Origin: Octopus sinensis
Taxonomy: Eukaryota
NCBI RefSeq assembly: GCF_006345805.1
Contig: NC_042997.1
Location: forward strand, 83,824,001-83,888,000
Direction: 5' to 3'
Length of the DNA: 64,000 bases
Shown: positions 12,881 through 27,989 of the stretch, one piece after another
Numbering within the stretch: the stretch's first letter is position 1
Layout: each line of letters begins with the position of its first letter
Made by a program: the position numbers and the translations under genes
Notes under the pieces: generated by a model
Database searches by the model: none
Seen by the model: the letters and a program-made list of their open reading frames with translations, nothing else
Told to the model about the DNA's origin: nothing

Positions 12881-13450
12881 TGGCACATAAGACTCACTTT
12901 AGCTTTGAAGGAAGTATGAACATCATAACATCAAATTACAATACAAATGCAAAGTTTTGTGCTGAATTAAGAAAAATATCATTTCAATGCAGCCTATTCC
13001 AAGACCAGACTGTATTCAAAAAAAGAAGAGAAGGACAACAATAGAATAAATGAAACAGTTCCTGATTTTACAATGTTGCTTACAATGCTTTCAACTGTAA
13101 ATTGTTCCAAACCTGGAGTAACTTTTTACTCAGGTGAATTGGATCACACTATTTTTAAAAATCATTGCCCGATTATCATCAATTCATAGCTTATCAATAT
13201 TTATGCCAACTGATCTAATGGCTGGTTTCTCTTCAGTCTCAAACTAAAATAATACATACACATACATACAAACATACATACACATGCATACATATATATA
13301 CACATACACACACATATATACGCTGACATACACATATATATACACATACATACATATACACACACACTCACACATAAATACACACATACATACATACCTA
13401 CATAAATTACACTTGTATAAGCAAAAGCATAATTTCAAATTATGTGCACG

Positions 13451-13481
<31 letters not shown>

Positions 13482-14399
13482 CATACAAACCTCAGATACA
13501 TACAAGCTTCACAGATTAAACCGAGAGTGACTAGAAGTATTGGGGATATATGTTCATTATCTGATACAATCTCCTGAAATGTTCTAAAGGTTGACACTTA
13601 AAATAAATAGCACCATAAACAAGATCAGTTAAAATGCCACCAAAATCTGTTTAGCCTCAGTAGAATGTCTTAGGGTAGGTGCAAATGAGAAACCAATACA
13701 AAATGGAAAGATAATATCCATAGATAAATCAGAACACACTCGGGCATTTCAGAGTCTTGGCTGAAATATCTTTGATAGCTAAGAAAAGGTTAACCAAATT
13801 TGTGAACCTTGCGATCAAATTACACTGATGACCTTTGTTTCTTTACTAGTATTCATTACATTCAAGGTCTTTTGCAAAGGGGGTTTTCCATTTTATATTT
13901 TAGAAATAAAACCTTATCTCAAATTCTTGGGATCTTAAGGTTAGTGCGTGATGTTTGCTTTTAAACAATATCAAACCAAGCACAGGAGTTTTAGCTTTCA
14001 ATTTGATAGAAGATAAAGACTTTTGTATAGTCTGATGCCAAACATTTTGTTTCCTTGTAGCAATGTGAGATCTGAAGTTTTAAAATAAATAAGCTACTTT
14101 TATCAACTTATTGTAAACACTAGCATGAAATATATTATGCCAAGAGGTAGATAAAATATAGTACAGTGTAGTGAATAAAACTATTGAAACCCTGCACATG
14201 AATGAAGGTCTTTGTGTTCAGTTTTAATCAAAATAAAATTGTAATGTACCAGAAGAAAATCAGAGAAACTAATAATTAGAATGTAGTATTGAGAGAAACA
14301 AAAGAGAGCGTTGTTTTCAATGATGTACACTTCATGATGAGAAAGGATGATGAAATATTTGGCTGATATTGTGCAATGTAAAGATTTTATTGAAAAGTG

Positions 14400-15415
14400 T
14401 TTTGGAGGTTTTCATTTATAGACTTTCAGTTGGTGTGTAAAAGATGAACAAAATTTGTATGTCAAGGACTGAGCAATGAGGGGGGAATATCTTCAGCATA
14501 GTACTGTGGCTACAGGTGATAGATATACATCAAGGAGAGTGAGTAAGAGAGGGAGAAGGATATAGTGAAGGATAGGGAGAAAAAGAAGGCTGAGTTAATT
14601 CTGATGTACATTAATCCTGATAGGGTGTTGCTGATTTAAATACAATTTGAATTTTCTTATACTCAGTGACACAAGATAATCTGGTGAAGGAAGATATGGA
14701 AGCTAGTTATGAATGTATTAAAGGTTTATAGAAATTCTTAAACCTGGAATAAAAAAGTTTCAAAGTAGACCAAACAAAAGAAATGTTTAGTTATCAGAAA
14801 AGAAGATAAGATTCTACTGCTATCTGGGAAGTAGTCAATGTGTAACCTATGGTGGGTGAGACAGACATGCAATTTTAGTGAGAATAAATGGCAGAACACA
14901 GAAATACTGAGAGAAAAATTGGGTATAGTAGTGTGCAAAAGAGAGGTTGAGACAGGTGATTCATATGGAAGATGGTAGTTTGGTAAAGGAGGAGCCAAGT
15001 AACCCAAGTGAAAGGAAGACTGGGTAGAACAAGAGAGAACTCTTGGAAGATTATTTCAGGAGGTTGATTGAACCTCACAGAAGAGAAGACAAGGGGTCAC
15101 AAGTGGTGAGATGTTGTTCTGGAGAAAACCTGTTTAAGGCGGTGAGCTGGCAGAAACGTTAGCATGCCGGGCGAAATGCTTAGCAGTATTTTGTCTGCCA
15201 CTACGTTCTGAGTTCAAATTCCGCCAAGGTCAACTTTGCCTTTCATCCTTTCAGGGTCGATTAAATAAGTACCATTTACGCACTGGAGTTGATATAATCG
15301 ACTTAATCCCTTTGCCTATCCTTGTTTGTTCCCTCTATGTTTAGCCCCTTGTGGGCAATAAAGAAAACCTGTTTAACCAATACAAGCATGGAAAAATAGA
15401 CAAAAATGATGATAG
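14400..15415 (+). mobile_element. Highly decayed LINE (RTE/L2-like) reverse-transcriptase 3' end, interrupted by a SINE
   Basis: Remnants such as FYCYLGS; the tail ...gcatggaaaaatagac...atgatgat resumes after the SINE insertion at 15138-15361. Confidence 0.5.
15138..15361 (+). mobile_element. Full-length SINE family B with 15-bp target-site duplication
   Basis: TSD agaaaacctgtttaa at 15123-15137 and 15362-15376; several CpGs retained. Confidence 0.9.
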
Positions 15416-16801
15416 TGATTTATATTTTAGATCATCATCATCATCATCATCATCGTTTAGCGTCCGTTTTCCATGCTAGCATGGGTTGGACGGGTCAACT
15501 GGGGTCTGTGAAGCTGGAAGGCTTCGTCAGGCCCAGTCAGATCTGGCAGTGTTTCTACGGCTGGATGCCCTTCCTAACGCCAGCCACTCCGCGAGTGTAG
15601 TGGGTGTTTTTTACGTGCCACCTGCACAGGTGCCAGACAGAGCTGGCGAACGGCCACGAATGGAGTTCAAATATTTTCAACAACAGTTTCTCCTATTGTT
15701 GTGCCAGTAACTTTGGTATCTCTCATGAACTTTATCTATTGTAAGCTTTGAGTTCAATACTGCAGGCAAACAAAAAGCACATCAATTATATAGTGCCTCA
15801 GGTGATGAATGGTAATAACAATAGAGTGTTGAACAAAGTACTTTGCAGTATTTAGTTATGTCCTTTAACATTTAGTGTTCAAATCCTGCCAATGTTGATA
15901 AAATATGTGCCAAAGTTAGAAATCAATTATACAGAATGTCTGGCACCTACAGCAGTGATGTGCACCACTCACCATGTTGATACTCGTCTGAAGGAATGGT
16001 TGGGTATTGGTAATGTTTTGGTAATAATCTTCATACCATTTGTAGTAACACCCTGACAGCTGAATAGTGCTGGAAACAGTACAGAGTTGTTGGTGTAAGC
16101 TAATTAGTGATTATCAGTTACTTTTAACATAAATAAACAGAACCAGAATAGCTAAAAGGAATGAACAGTTGAACATTAGTATAAAGAAAAGAAAAAAAAA
16201 AAGAAAAATGAGGGGAAGAGAGAGAGAAAGAGAGAGAGAGAGTACTCTATTATTAGTAAGAGTTATTTACTATTTCTGAAGTGTTTTCTTTTAGAATAAC
16301 TCTTTTGTAAAGATTATTTTTTAAATAAATAGCTAGAAATATAACTGTCTATTTATTTTCATAAACAAAATAACTGAGCAAAGATATAATGTATAATGTT
16401 TACAAAAAAACTTGTGAATTTTAATGATCTATGAGACATTCCTTACAATGCTGCTGAAATCACAAGACATTTTGTCCAATTGTTTAAATGTGTCAACTCT
16501 AATTTTTGTTAAAACTTCAAAAACAGAAAATCAGTAGCAAAGTAACATGCAATAAAATAACAAGCTCACACACACACATACACACACGTGTATGTATGTT
16601 ATGTTTCCATTTTCAAGATTTTTGGAAAAAGAATTTTCCATACTTTATAGGAGCAAGCATGGCTGTGTGGTTAAGAAGCTTGCTTTCCAGTCATGTAGTC
16701 CCACTGTGTGGAACCTTGGGTAAGTGTCTTTTACTATAGCCCTAGGCCAATCAAAACCTTGTAAGTGGGTGTGATAGACAGAAACTAAAAGAAGCCTGTC
16801 A

Positions 16802-16844
<43 letters not shown>

Positions 16845-17357
16845 GCACATAAAAAGTACCATCTGAATGTGGTCGATGCCAGTGTCGCCTAACTGGTTCT
16901 CTTGACAGCGGCACATAAAAAGCACTCATTACACTCTCGGAGTGGTTGGCATTAGGAAAGGCATCTAGCTTTAGAAATCTTGCCAGATCAGACTGGAGCC
17001 TGGTGCAGCCTACTGGCTGACAGTTTTCAGTCAAACTGTCCCATAACAGTATGGAAAATGGATGTTAAACGATGATGATGATGATGATAAATACTTTTAT
17101 TCTTTTACTTGTTTCAGTCAGTTGACTGTAGGCATGCTGGAGCACCACCTTGAAGGGTTTTAGTCAAACAAATTGACTCCAGGACTTTTTTTCTCAAAGC
17201 CTAGTGCTTATTGTATCAGTCTCTTTTGCCGAACTGCTAAGTTTCAGGGGACGTAAACACACCAACACTGGTTGTCAAGCAGTGTGGGAGGAGAAACACA
17301 GACACAAAGACACACATAAATACATACACACATAAATACATACACACATAAATACAT

Positions 17358-17402
<45 letters not shown>

Positions 17403-17437
17403 ATATATTTATATGTAGTTAAATCTATGTCCGGTCA

Positions 17438-17501
17438 TAGAGTGACCAATGGTTTCGCATCCACAAAGGGCTTCACCCCATGGACGTCTCGTCAAACTCT
17501 A
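17438..17501 (-). ncRNA. Type-I hammerhead ribozyme fold H1 (core variant C3U)
   Basis: Minus strand: stem I tagagt / UUGACGA / stem II gacgtcca..tggatgc / GAAA / stem III cc-att-gg / UC / stem I actcta; predicted GUC cleavage between 17444 and 17443. Confidence 0.8.
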
Positions 17502-18834
17502 AAGTGGAACACAAATGTAACTCTTCACCCCTGGGAGGCAGGAATCCATTATATATATATATATACAAACATACATACATATATCACCATCATTGTTTAA
17601 TGTCTGTCTTCCATGCTGCTAGCATGCGTGCCAGCTTCTTTCAGTTTCCATCTACCAAATCCATTCACAAGGCTTTGGCTGGTCTGAGGTGATAGTAGTA
17701 GACACTCGCTAAGGTGCCACACAGTGGGACTGAACCATGGGGTTGGGAAGCAAGCTTCTTACCACACAGTCATGCCTATGCCTATAAATCTCCTGTGCTG
17801 TCATGACCAGGATATGAACCTGGGTTGCCACATATATATGTATATATATATATAGGATTGTGTGTGTATTTTTGTGTTGTGTTTGTTCCCTACCATGGCT
17901 TGACAACCAATGTCCAATGTTGGTTTTTTAAGTGCCTAATTTTTAGATAAACATGTAAGCCTGAAGTTTGAACTCAGACAACTTATTTCTTATATAGGAT
18001 TTTAATATTTCAAACACATTTTTAAACAGTTTCCAAGAAACTTCATAAGATGTTGAATTTGGCCTATAAAAAATATGTATCAGTTGAACATTGGGGTCAA
18101 TGTAATTGAGTTACCTCTCTCATCAAAATGCTGACCTTGTATCAATATTCTTATTCCCTATGAAGCAATATTCTTATTCCCTATGAAGAATCATATATGT
18201 GACAACCAAATGGTTGGTTGTTCCTGTCTTGTTACTAGCACTGTACAGTGTCTGTCTATGGGCCAGTTATTTAACTCTCAATATTCCATTCTACATAGTT
18301 GTAAATAAGTCTCATTTGAATTGGTAATCAGTTAAAAACTTAGGAAAATTTACTAATGCTTCATTGGTTTGTTATGGAAACTCAACTTTTACTATGGGTT
18401 TGGATAAAAGTAATAGAGACCTTACTTGTCTGAAGCATGATTTAATAATGATTACCACCCATTAACCAATTTTTTTAATACAGAAAAGTAAAGTAATTAA
18501 CTGAATTGTCTGACAACAGGCAAATTATCTGAGGAATTTATTCACTGTGTTACAATTCTGTAATTCTTAAGACTAGCACAGCAGATAAAAGCACTGGAAT
18601 TTCAGAGAAATAGCACATACACAACAATATACATCTATAACTTCAATTTGACTCTGGTCTGAAACAATTTAGCTTCATTTACACAGCTAATAACTTCAAG
18701 AAAGATATGAAAATTATAATGTTCAGCTTACTCTTATTATAAAAAAATCTCTGGCAGCATGCTCACATAATAAACACTTATCATAATTTGAAAAAATAAA
18801 ACAGCCATTGTATGGTATATATTAAGAGATAAGG

Positions 18835-18893
<59 letters not shown>

Positions 18894-21413
18894 AGTACAA
18901 TTATTCTTGATAGCTGTCAAATTACAAAACACGAACTCTACTCAAGGCACACAGGAAAAAAAAATTCAACTTCTACAATTCATCTTCATTCACATAAATG
19001 CAATTCTTAGCCCTCTTTAGTAGTAATTATGATGGATTCTATCAGATTTTATAGCTTTGGGAATGTAAAAATTAAACCCATCTGTTAATTAGAAAATTGT
19101 TATACTATCTTGTTACGATTGCTTACCAGCATTTACTATTTCAACAAAGGAAAACAAGCTATGCAATCCACTTTATTATACATACTGGTAGTAGTGTGAC
19201 AAAAACAGAAGATCATCAGGATAATTGTTTTTCCACAGTCCTGTCTCTCTCTGATTTAAGCTCAAAACATGCATGAAATAACTTGGTTCTTTATACTTCT
19301 GGAAGAAAGAAACCAAGACAAATAAGCATCAGTCATGTGCTAAAGTTGATATATATATATCCCTTCTTCCTTACAGATTTGTAGGTTTGTGTCAATAAAA
19401 GATATTATTTTTAATTCTCTTGTAGTAATTTCCTCAAGCCACTGGGCTGTTCTACTTGGAATGTATTTCATCTAAATACTGACACGCAATTTATTACTGA
19501 CTGATTGTTCACTATGTCAGATGTTCTTGCATATCATATTTTACGTTTCTTGAAGTGGAGCTGCTTGCCATCTACTTCAAAATGCTAAGACATTTCTTGT
19601 TCTTTTCCCTTTCTCATATTCCCAGTGGTTCCACTGTCAACAGAGTGTTAAATTTTGACACTAGACTCTAATGGCTTTTTAACTCTATAGCTTTTTGACC
19701 CTTGTAATCAACACTACAAAAAAAGAAAGAAAAAAGATTCAATGATATTTGCTGGATATTTCGAATACTTTTTTCATTTTTTTAAATGCCTTTTTTTAAA
19801 AATTTTTACTAAAAGGCATTTAAAAAATATAATTTTCTTCTCTCTCCTTTACTTATGTGAAACATTTGTTTGCAATAACCCTTCCCCCACCAGTAAGAAG
19901 CTGGAGATATATGAATGCATCTCGAGCATGGCCATCACTGAATGGCTGAAACCAGTAAAAGAACAATATAAAATAGATAAGAGAAATTCTTTTTTAGAAA
20001 TGGAAACATAAAAGAGAAAACAAGAAGATTTAATAGTTCATGAGACAATGAGGGAGTTTATATGGATTGCATGACTTCCTAGAAGTAGAAGTCAAATCTC
20101 CCACAAATTATACCCTACCATCTTAGATAAAAAGAGGGATGCTATGGATAATGAATTCCTTGATATTCAATGTTCAAGAGAAGGATGGGATGAAAGGTCT
20201 TGGATGAAGCGCAGGTCTATTCTGTTAGGGACTAAACAATAACAACAAAGGAAACCTATGATACATAGAGCTAATTCATTTATATTAGTGGTACTTAGAC
20301 TGTTGTAGTTGAGTACCTTTCATAGAATAGTGTTAAACAATGCCCCTCATTTTCATCTTTTAATGTCCAGTGGCAGATAATTTTAACCAAACAGAAATTA
20401 TGCTAATCCATGGATAACTTCTCTGGCCGGACAGTGCTACCAAAGATGTGTGCAGAATGACAAAACCATTCTGTATGCACCAGTGCAGTGTCCAAGTACT
20501 GCTATCTTGTGGAGTTATATCAAACAGCTGTTATTGTGTGTAGGATGAATCTATCACCACTTTTTAGATGAGGACTTATATAATGTAACCATATGAGACC
20601 TTCTTTCATCATTTGTCTTGTTTCTGCTCACTGATAACACAATATCCCATTCATATATGAATCCCAAGAAAAAATAATTTGGAAAGGTGCAGGCAAAGCT
20701 CTGTGGTAAGAAGCTTCCCACCTATGTGGTTCTGGGTTCAGTCTTACTGCGTGGCACCTTGGGTAAATGTCTTCTGCTATAGTCTCAGGCTGATCAAAGC
20801 CTTGTGAGTGGATTTAGTAGATGGAAACCCATTACTAGATTTCTATATATAGCTAATATAGAACATCCACTGATTGCATTACCCAAATGGAAGAGAGTAG
20901 TGAGAGCCCAATGACAATGCTTTCTTATTTAAAAGGTAGGCCAGTGATTCTGAGGGGTTGAAAAGGAATCAAGACCATCAACTGTAGTAACTGATTGGTA
21001 CTTTATTTTACCAACCTTGAAAGGATGAAAGGCAAAGTAGTTGACCAGGGTGAGATTTAAACCTAGAATGTAAAGAACATGAAGAAATGCTACAAAGCAT
21101 TTTGTTTGACAATTCTGCTAGTGCATCACCCTAAAATAATAATAATATTGATGATGATGATGATGATAATCCTTTCTAGAATAGGCCCAAGGCCTGAAAT
21201 CCTGGGGAAGAGGGCTAATACATTACATTGACCCAGTATGAAGCTGGTACTGATTTTATTAACTCCAAAAGGATGAAAGGTAAAGTCAACCTTGACAGAA
21301 TTTGAACTCAGAATGTAAAGATGGACGAAATGCTACTAAGTATTTTGTCTGCCATGCAAACAATTCCGCTGCTGTCACCGCCGCTGCCACCACCATCGCC
21401 ACCACCAACACTG

Positions 21414-21458
<45 letters not shown>

Positions 21459-22049
21459 ATAATAATAATAATAATCATTGTGCCATCAGCATATCCCTGT
21501 GATGCTATGTCATTGTCCTGGAAAGATGATGGTGGTGAGGACACTTTCTGCAAGGGAAACATCAGAGATAATATCCTTTGTAAAGAATGTTTGCAGAAAA
21601 GAAGTCTAGCATTTGCTGTTTTGTTCTATTAATCTTTTACTATTATACTGAGCAAGAACTAGATACTATTGTGCAAAGAACAAAAAAAAAAAAAAGAAAA
21701 AACAACCCACCCAGCAATTAACAACGTTGTGTTAATGACTTTATTGAATCTCTCAAGTATTTCTATATACTTATTGTCTAACTGGAGGAGAGTCGTAAAT
21801 CATCTTAATTTAATGCTGATATGAAAGAGGGAGGAAGAGAGATTGAGAGAAAGTGAGAAACAGACAAAGCAAGCGAGTGGTAGGGACAAGAGCATGTCTT
21901 TAGCTGAGAGATTTCATGAAGTGATTGCTCTTTAAGACACCAGCTTGGAAAGAACAACCATTTCTTTTTGCCATATGTTAAAAAAAAGACATTAAAGAAA
22001 AACAAAAATGTAAAACATACTAACACCAAATAAATTTAACGCTTATAGA

Positions 22050-22710
22050 CATGAATGCATGCATACACACACACACACACACATACACCATACTTATATA
22101 CACATACACACACGAACCATGATTACACATACACATTACATAAAGATGCATACATATACATGCTAATTCATAGACATATACACACATTTACAAATGCATG
22201 TATGCACACAATTACCCCACCCTACACACACGCACATGCACATATATATATACATCCTCATATATAAACATCTACAAAAATGTGCAAATACACATACATT
22301 TACAAAAATCTGTATATGCACAAACACACACAACCACACATTCAAATATAGACACATTTAAGAATATATATATATATATACACAGGCAAATACATATGTA
22401 TATCAACAAATGCTTGTCTACATGTACTTTAATTCACACAAACATACACATGCAGACACATCTACAAACATATCAATGGACATACATACATACAATCATA
22501 TAAAACATCCACCCACATGCCTATGAATACTTATGTCAAAATAAATACACATGGCTACAAATATATGTGTGCACATACACACATACATACATAAATGCAT
22601 GCATGCATACATACATACACACACACACACATACATACACACATACATACATACATACATACACACATACATACATACATACATACATATCCTTATTGTA
22701 CACACATACA
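22050..22710. repeat. Long degenerate (AC)/(ACAT)n low-complexity tract
   Basis: About 660 bp of ACAT/ACAC variants; similar tracts at 13255-13500, 51800-52010 and 53850-54190. Confidence 0.9.
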
Positions 22711-22887
22711 CACATTGGGTAAGAAGAAAACAAAAGATTATCAGAAAGTGATTAGGCTAATGTGCTGACCACAGATGAGACTAAAATTAAGATGAACTTT
22801 GGGAATAAGAGGCAAAGATTTCAAAGATGCTCTTTGGAAAAAAATCTATTGAAGATTCTCTTATCACCATTACTCTTAATAATAATA

Positions 22888-22924
<37 letters not shown>

Positions 22925-24560
22925 CATTGTTATTGTAATCACCATCATCATCGTTATTGTAATCATCATCATTATTATTACTATTATTATGGTAATCCTC
23001 ATTATTATTATTATGCTTTGACATAAATAAACGAACAAGCTTCCTTATAAAGAAAAAAAAAATTTTAACTGGGGTGATAAATGACTTTCTAGATAGCTGC
23101 AAAAATGTAAACATGCTAGAATATTCAATAAATTTTTCAATATTAAGATGTAGTGTAAATGAAGAAAACTATAATCTCGCTCTTTCTCTCACACACTCAC
23201 TTTCTTTCTCTCTTTCTCCACTTCAATCCAAAATCTCTGCACCACATCACACACACACACACATTAGCAATATAAAGGCTGCATATAATATATATCAATA
23301 TTTATAAAAATATGGCAAGGCACAGAGAAATATGAAAGTGATAAACTGACCAATCTCTCATTAATTTTCTCCATCAGGTGAAGCTGGCCTGATGAACAAA
23401 ATTGATGAGAGAATGAATGAATGAATACATAAACTCAAGAGAATGGGGAGTTGCAGCTAGTAGAGCTGGATGTCAGGCCAATGGCTGATGCAGAAAGGCT
23501 AGTTTGCATTTTGTTTGTGATGGGAAAGACATTATGCCTACATAGATAAGTCCAGTTCCCACTTCCACAGCATGAAGTGAGGGCACTTGGTAAATAATGA
23601 GTGTGCTATTAGCTTGAAAGCAAGTCAGAGCTGCATTGGAATACATAGCTGCTCAAGTAACACCCACATTGGGGTACCACTCATATGTAAGTGGATAATA
23701 CTGTTAATGTGCACACAAACATCCTAAACTGCGTCCAAAGTGTATCTAGTTGACAGATTGACAAAGATACATTCACCAATATAATATAACCATTAGGTTG
23801 TTGAAGTCTGTCTCTGATCTACCACTACTACAAAAGCCACTGTTCCTCTGGACACTCTCAAATTAGGCTCAATTCATTGACCACTGTCATCTCTCATTTC
23901 ATTCACTGTGTCTTACCTCACAACTCCATGCTAAACACAATGCCCAGTTTTACCTTCATAGAAATTGCTTCCTACTATTGTTTTCCTTTTTGTAAACATT
24001 TATGGCCATCAGTATTTGATTACATCCTCAGAACTTTAATACTAATCTTGAGAAAGTTGACTTCCAAAGGAGAATCAATCCATCACAGAAATTCTGAGAA
24101 ACAAAAATGAAATATTCTGCTTCTTATTTGTACAAACCGTTGTTGATATATCTGTTTTCCTCATAGAAATGTGAAAGCTGATAATCAAACAATGGCATTG
24201 AGAGAAAACAATTTGGCCTCCAACTGGACTGTCTTGAAAAATTGTTAACCAATCTGATAGCAAGACGAATATTATTAACAAAGAACTGCTGGGAAAAGTT
24301 AATACAATATTTATCACTAACATTATTAAATGCATTACTGTAGTAATATGTTAGACAAATTGATGATGAATGATTCTTGAATATAACTTTTCAGATAGGA
24401 TATGAATACGAGAGTGACAAACCAATTGACCTCTGCAACAATACTGGATATTATCAGGAAAATGAAAATGAAGATGAAATAGACAATTATCCCTTCAGCA
24501 GCAATATATTTAAGGGATAGACCTAATGGTACACATAACAACAGTAGATATTATCTAAAT

Positions 24561-24799
24561 CAGTAGTTCTCAACCAGGGTCTATATGACCCTTGGGGGTC
24601 CATATAAGATTTTGCTGCTAAAATTTATGTGCAATAAATTGGTTATACTTCCACAATACACAAAATATTTCAATTTTTTAATACAATTCCTAATATTTGA
24701 TTTTTAAAATAAAACTGGTATTTTTTTAGACTTCAAATAGATATAAGGGTCCAGATGAGTAAAATAAGAATCAAAGGTAAAAATGGCTGAGAACTACTG
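24561..24799. mobile_element. hAT (Charlie-like) MITE, copy 2
   Basis: TIRs cagtagttctca / tgagaactactg; 8-bp flanks atctaaat and atctagaa resemble the NTCTAGAN target; internal sequence aligns with 2121-2348. Confidence 0.82.
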
Positions 24800-24941
24800 A
24801 TCTAGAATATGAGCTAGTGACTCTTGTAACAGAATATTTGTTATGAAAAGTTCCGTTTATATGATATTTAAGTAAAATGACGTTAAGTAAAAAAAGCAAA
24901 AGACCTTGCACAGCTTCATCCACTTTCTATCTTATAGACTT

Positions 24942-25011
<70 letters not shown>

Positions 25012-26810
25012 ACAAACAAACCGACAGACAGGTTGTGAAGGATCTACTTTTATATTTAGGGAAGTGGTTTACAGTGTACATAATTTTAGCAACAGATTAA
25101 ATTCAATTTTTGTGTCAAAATCTGATCAAAGTTAACTTTGACCTTCTTTCACTGAGGATCAATAAAATATTTTGCATTTCTACTTCATGCTAGTTGATTT
25201 GATTGACTGTTTCCTTTACCAGTAGGGAACAGATTTATCAAAAGACTTCAGTATCTACATTTAAAAATCAACAATCTACAAAGTATGTTTGTCTAGAAGC
25301 ATTTCTCAACATGAATTTTTCCAAAATTTTCATACATCTCCAAAATCAGCTCAAAATAATGCATGTAGAATCCCTCTCCCATCAAAGTCAGAAGCCCCTC
25401 CTGGGGTATAATAGGGAGGATTCAAGAAAAGAGATATTGAAAGACTGATTGATAGTTGCAATGGAGTGGTAGTAGAAGAGTGACAGCATGAGATACAGAA
25501 AAAGTTATTCGATGACATCAAATAGTATTTTCTTATTTTTCTCTCTTTCTGTTTTCTCTCTCACACAAAAAAAAACACAAAGGATTTTACATACAGCTTC
25601 AACATTGGAACACAGTAGTTGTTAAATTTTCTCATTTAAAAATCACATTTTCAAAAGGTTCATTTGCAATTTCAAATACAATGGAATGTAGGAAATAATT
25701 TATTCTTTGTTTCACATTTAAATTTGTTTATTGTTTTAAGTATTCAGGTATTATGCTCTATGACTTCCACTGTTAATTTTTATAGTGTTTGAAATAAATA
25801 AATAAATAAATAAATAAATAAATGTGTGTGTGTGTGTGTGTATACAAATATAATTGCATACAAAATGAAATGCATAAAAAAACTTACTGAAAGTTAAGCC
25901 ATGTAGTATAGCAAAAAAAAAAAACAAAAAAAACACACAAATAAACAAAGAAAATTGTTTACACATATTTGGTAACCGAGCAACAAGGAGTACCTTAACT
26001 AGCTTAACGTATTTGTAGAGAGCATTGCAGTGAGACAACAGCATTGTTTCAATTCCCACTTGGAACAATTTCACTTCACTTTCACAATTAACACATATGG
26101 GGAAGGTGGCATAAGTTCCCATTTGATTCTACTAAAAATTACAGAGATTGTGGCCACTAACACAAAAATAATAATAATAAAAAGTCATTATTAATTCTTG
26201 ATAAGGTCAATTAATCATGCAATCAATAACTTTTAATCTCATGCTAGAGTGACAGGCAGAATATGTGTAATCAGAATTATACATCAGCTAGTGTTGTTTA
26301 GTGCTGTTAACTTCCACTTCAGATGCAGAAATCTGAGTTGTGACACTCATGCATTTTCCTTAAACATTAGTCCAACCGACTTAAGGTGTGGAGAGAATAA
26401 ATAATAGTTGTGGTGCTCAGGTCTTTCCTAAAATGTATAAACATTTCTAAACTACATGAAACAGTAGAAACTAGGAAATTAAATTGGGTTGTCAACTTGT
26501 TATGTCAGGATTTTAGTCTCTTACTCTACATTATTTGCTGCTTGATGAAGTACATGTGTTGTGTTGCTAATGTTTTTTGGCTAGTGGCACTAGACTAATG
26601 GTAGTAGGCAATGTTCTGGAAGTTGTTTCCACACACTTTATTTTTATTTCATATTCTACTTTGTGCATGTGTGTCAGAGTGTATGATGAAGTGTATTTAT
26701 TTTATAGCAAATGTTTTGTCTTAAATAGTAAGCAGTATGACCCAATATAACAATATGGTTTTCATGAGCCATTGTGAAAGCCTATACAAACACACAATCT
26801 ATGAGGCTTA

Positions 26811-27406
26811 AAGGGAGTGCTGAAAAGTTCCTGGTTATGGGTAAAAGAAAATACAGGAAAATCATTTACTCTTTCACTTGTTTCAGTCATTTGACTGTGG
26901 CCATGCTGGAGCACCACCTTTAGTCGAGCAAATCGATCCCAGAACTTATTCTTTGTAAGCCTAGTACTTATTCTATCCGTCTCTTTTGCCGAACCGCTAA
27001 GTTACGGGGACATAAACACACCAGCATTGATTGTCAAGCGAAGTTGGGGAGGACAAATACAGACACACAAACATATATATACATATATACGATGGGCTTC
27101 TTTCAGTTTCTATCTACCAAATTCACTCACAAGGCTTTGGTTGGCCTGAGGCTATAGTAGAAGACACTTACCCAAGGTGCCACACAGTGGGACTGAACCC
27201 AGAACCATGTGGTTCATAAGCAAGCTACTTACCACATAGCCACTCCTATGCCTATCATATTTAAGTATGATTTTATTAAAAGTACCCACTTCTCAGATTC
27301 ACACACTTCAGTTTTTCTAAGTCTTGTAAAAGAACTCAGAAGTTTGGGCCAAAAACCAGGTCTTTTGTGATAACCTTAAAGCCCAAAACTTTTCAACACC
27401 CCCTTT
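26811..27406. mobile_element. mariner-derived MITE interrupted by SINE A (26865-27252)
   Basis: Inverted ends gggagtgctgaaaagtt and aacttttcaacaccccc, both flanked by TA. Confidence 0.7.
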
Positions 27407-27989
27407 TATGTGCATGCATGTGTGTTTGTGGGTGTGCCAATACACAGACACGCACACACTTTTATATTTACATGCATATATGTGTACACATACACACACA
27501 TGCACACACACACATGAACAAATAATATAATTATACAATTAGCACAATGTTTGTTCAAGGTTCTGAACAAGTCACAACATTTTCATTGATTTAAATCTTG
27601 AACATAACTCTGTTTTCCTTAGTATGAAAATAGATGTAAAAGCACATACCATGCATACCCTGTATAAAGAGATGGTAATTATTGCACTGAAGTTAGCAAG
27701 AGAATAGATATTTTTTAGTTAACTTTTATGACCAACTTTGTGATATATTACAACAGTTCTTTTTGATATTTAAGATTATTTGAAGGGAAAGTTGGTAATG
27801 TGTTTATTGACTATTTGTTGGCCAGCTCTATTTCAGCAGACAATTGGCATGTTAGTAACTAATTCTGAGGACACTTCATTTTGCTACCTTAAATATTTCC
27901 TAGCTCACCAGTGATAGTAGGAGAATTTTTTCCAAGTCGGACTTGAAGAAATCAAATTCCAAAACATAAGTGTACATATGTGACAGCGA

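Noticed and set aside
18143-18188. 23-bp tandem duplication (similar 17-bp at ~44219 and 16-bp at ~57315)
   Set aside because: Two-copy slippage duplications without spacers; not CRISPR-like or otherwise structured.
24395-24520. 41-codon open frame after a plus-strand acceptor-like site
   Set aside because: This length can occur by chance; no homology recognised.
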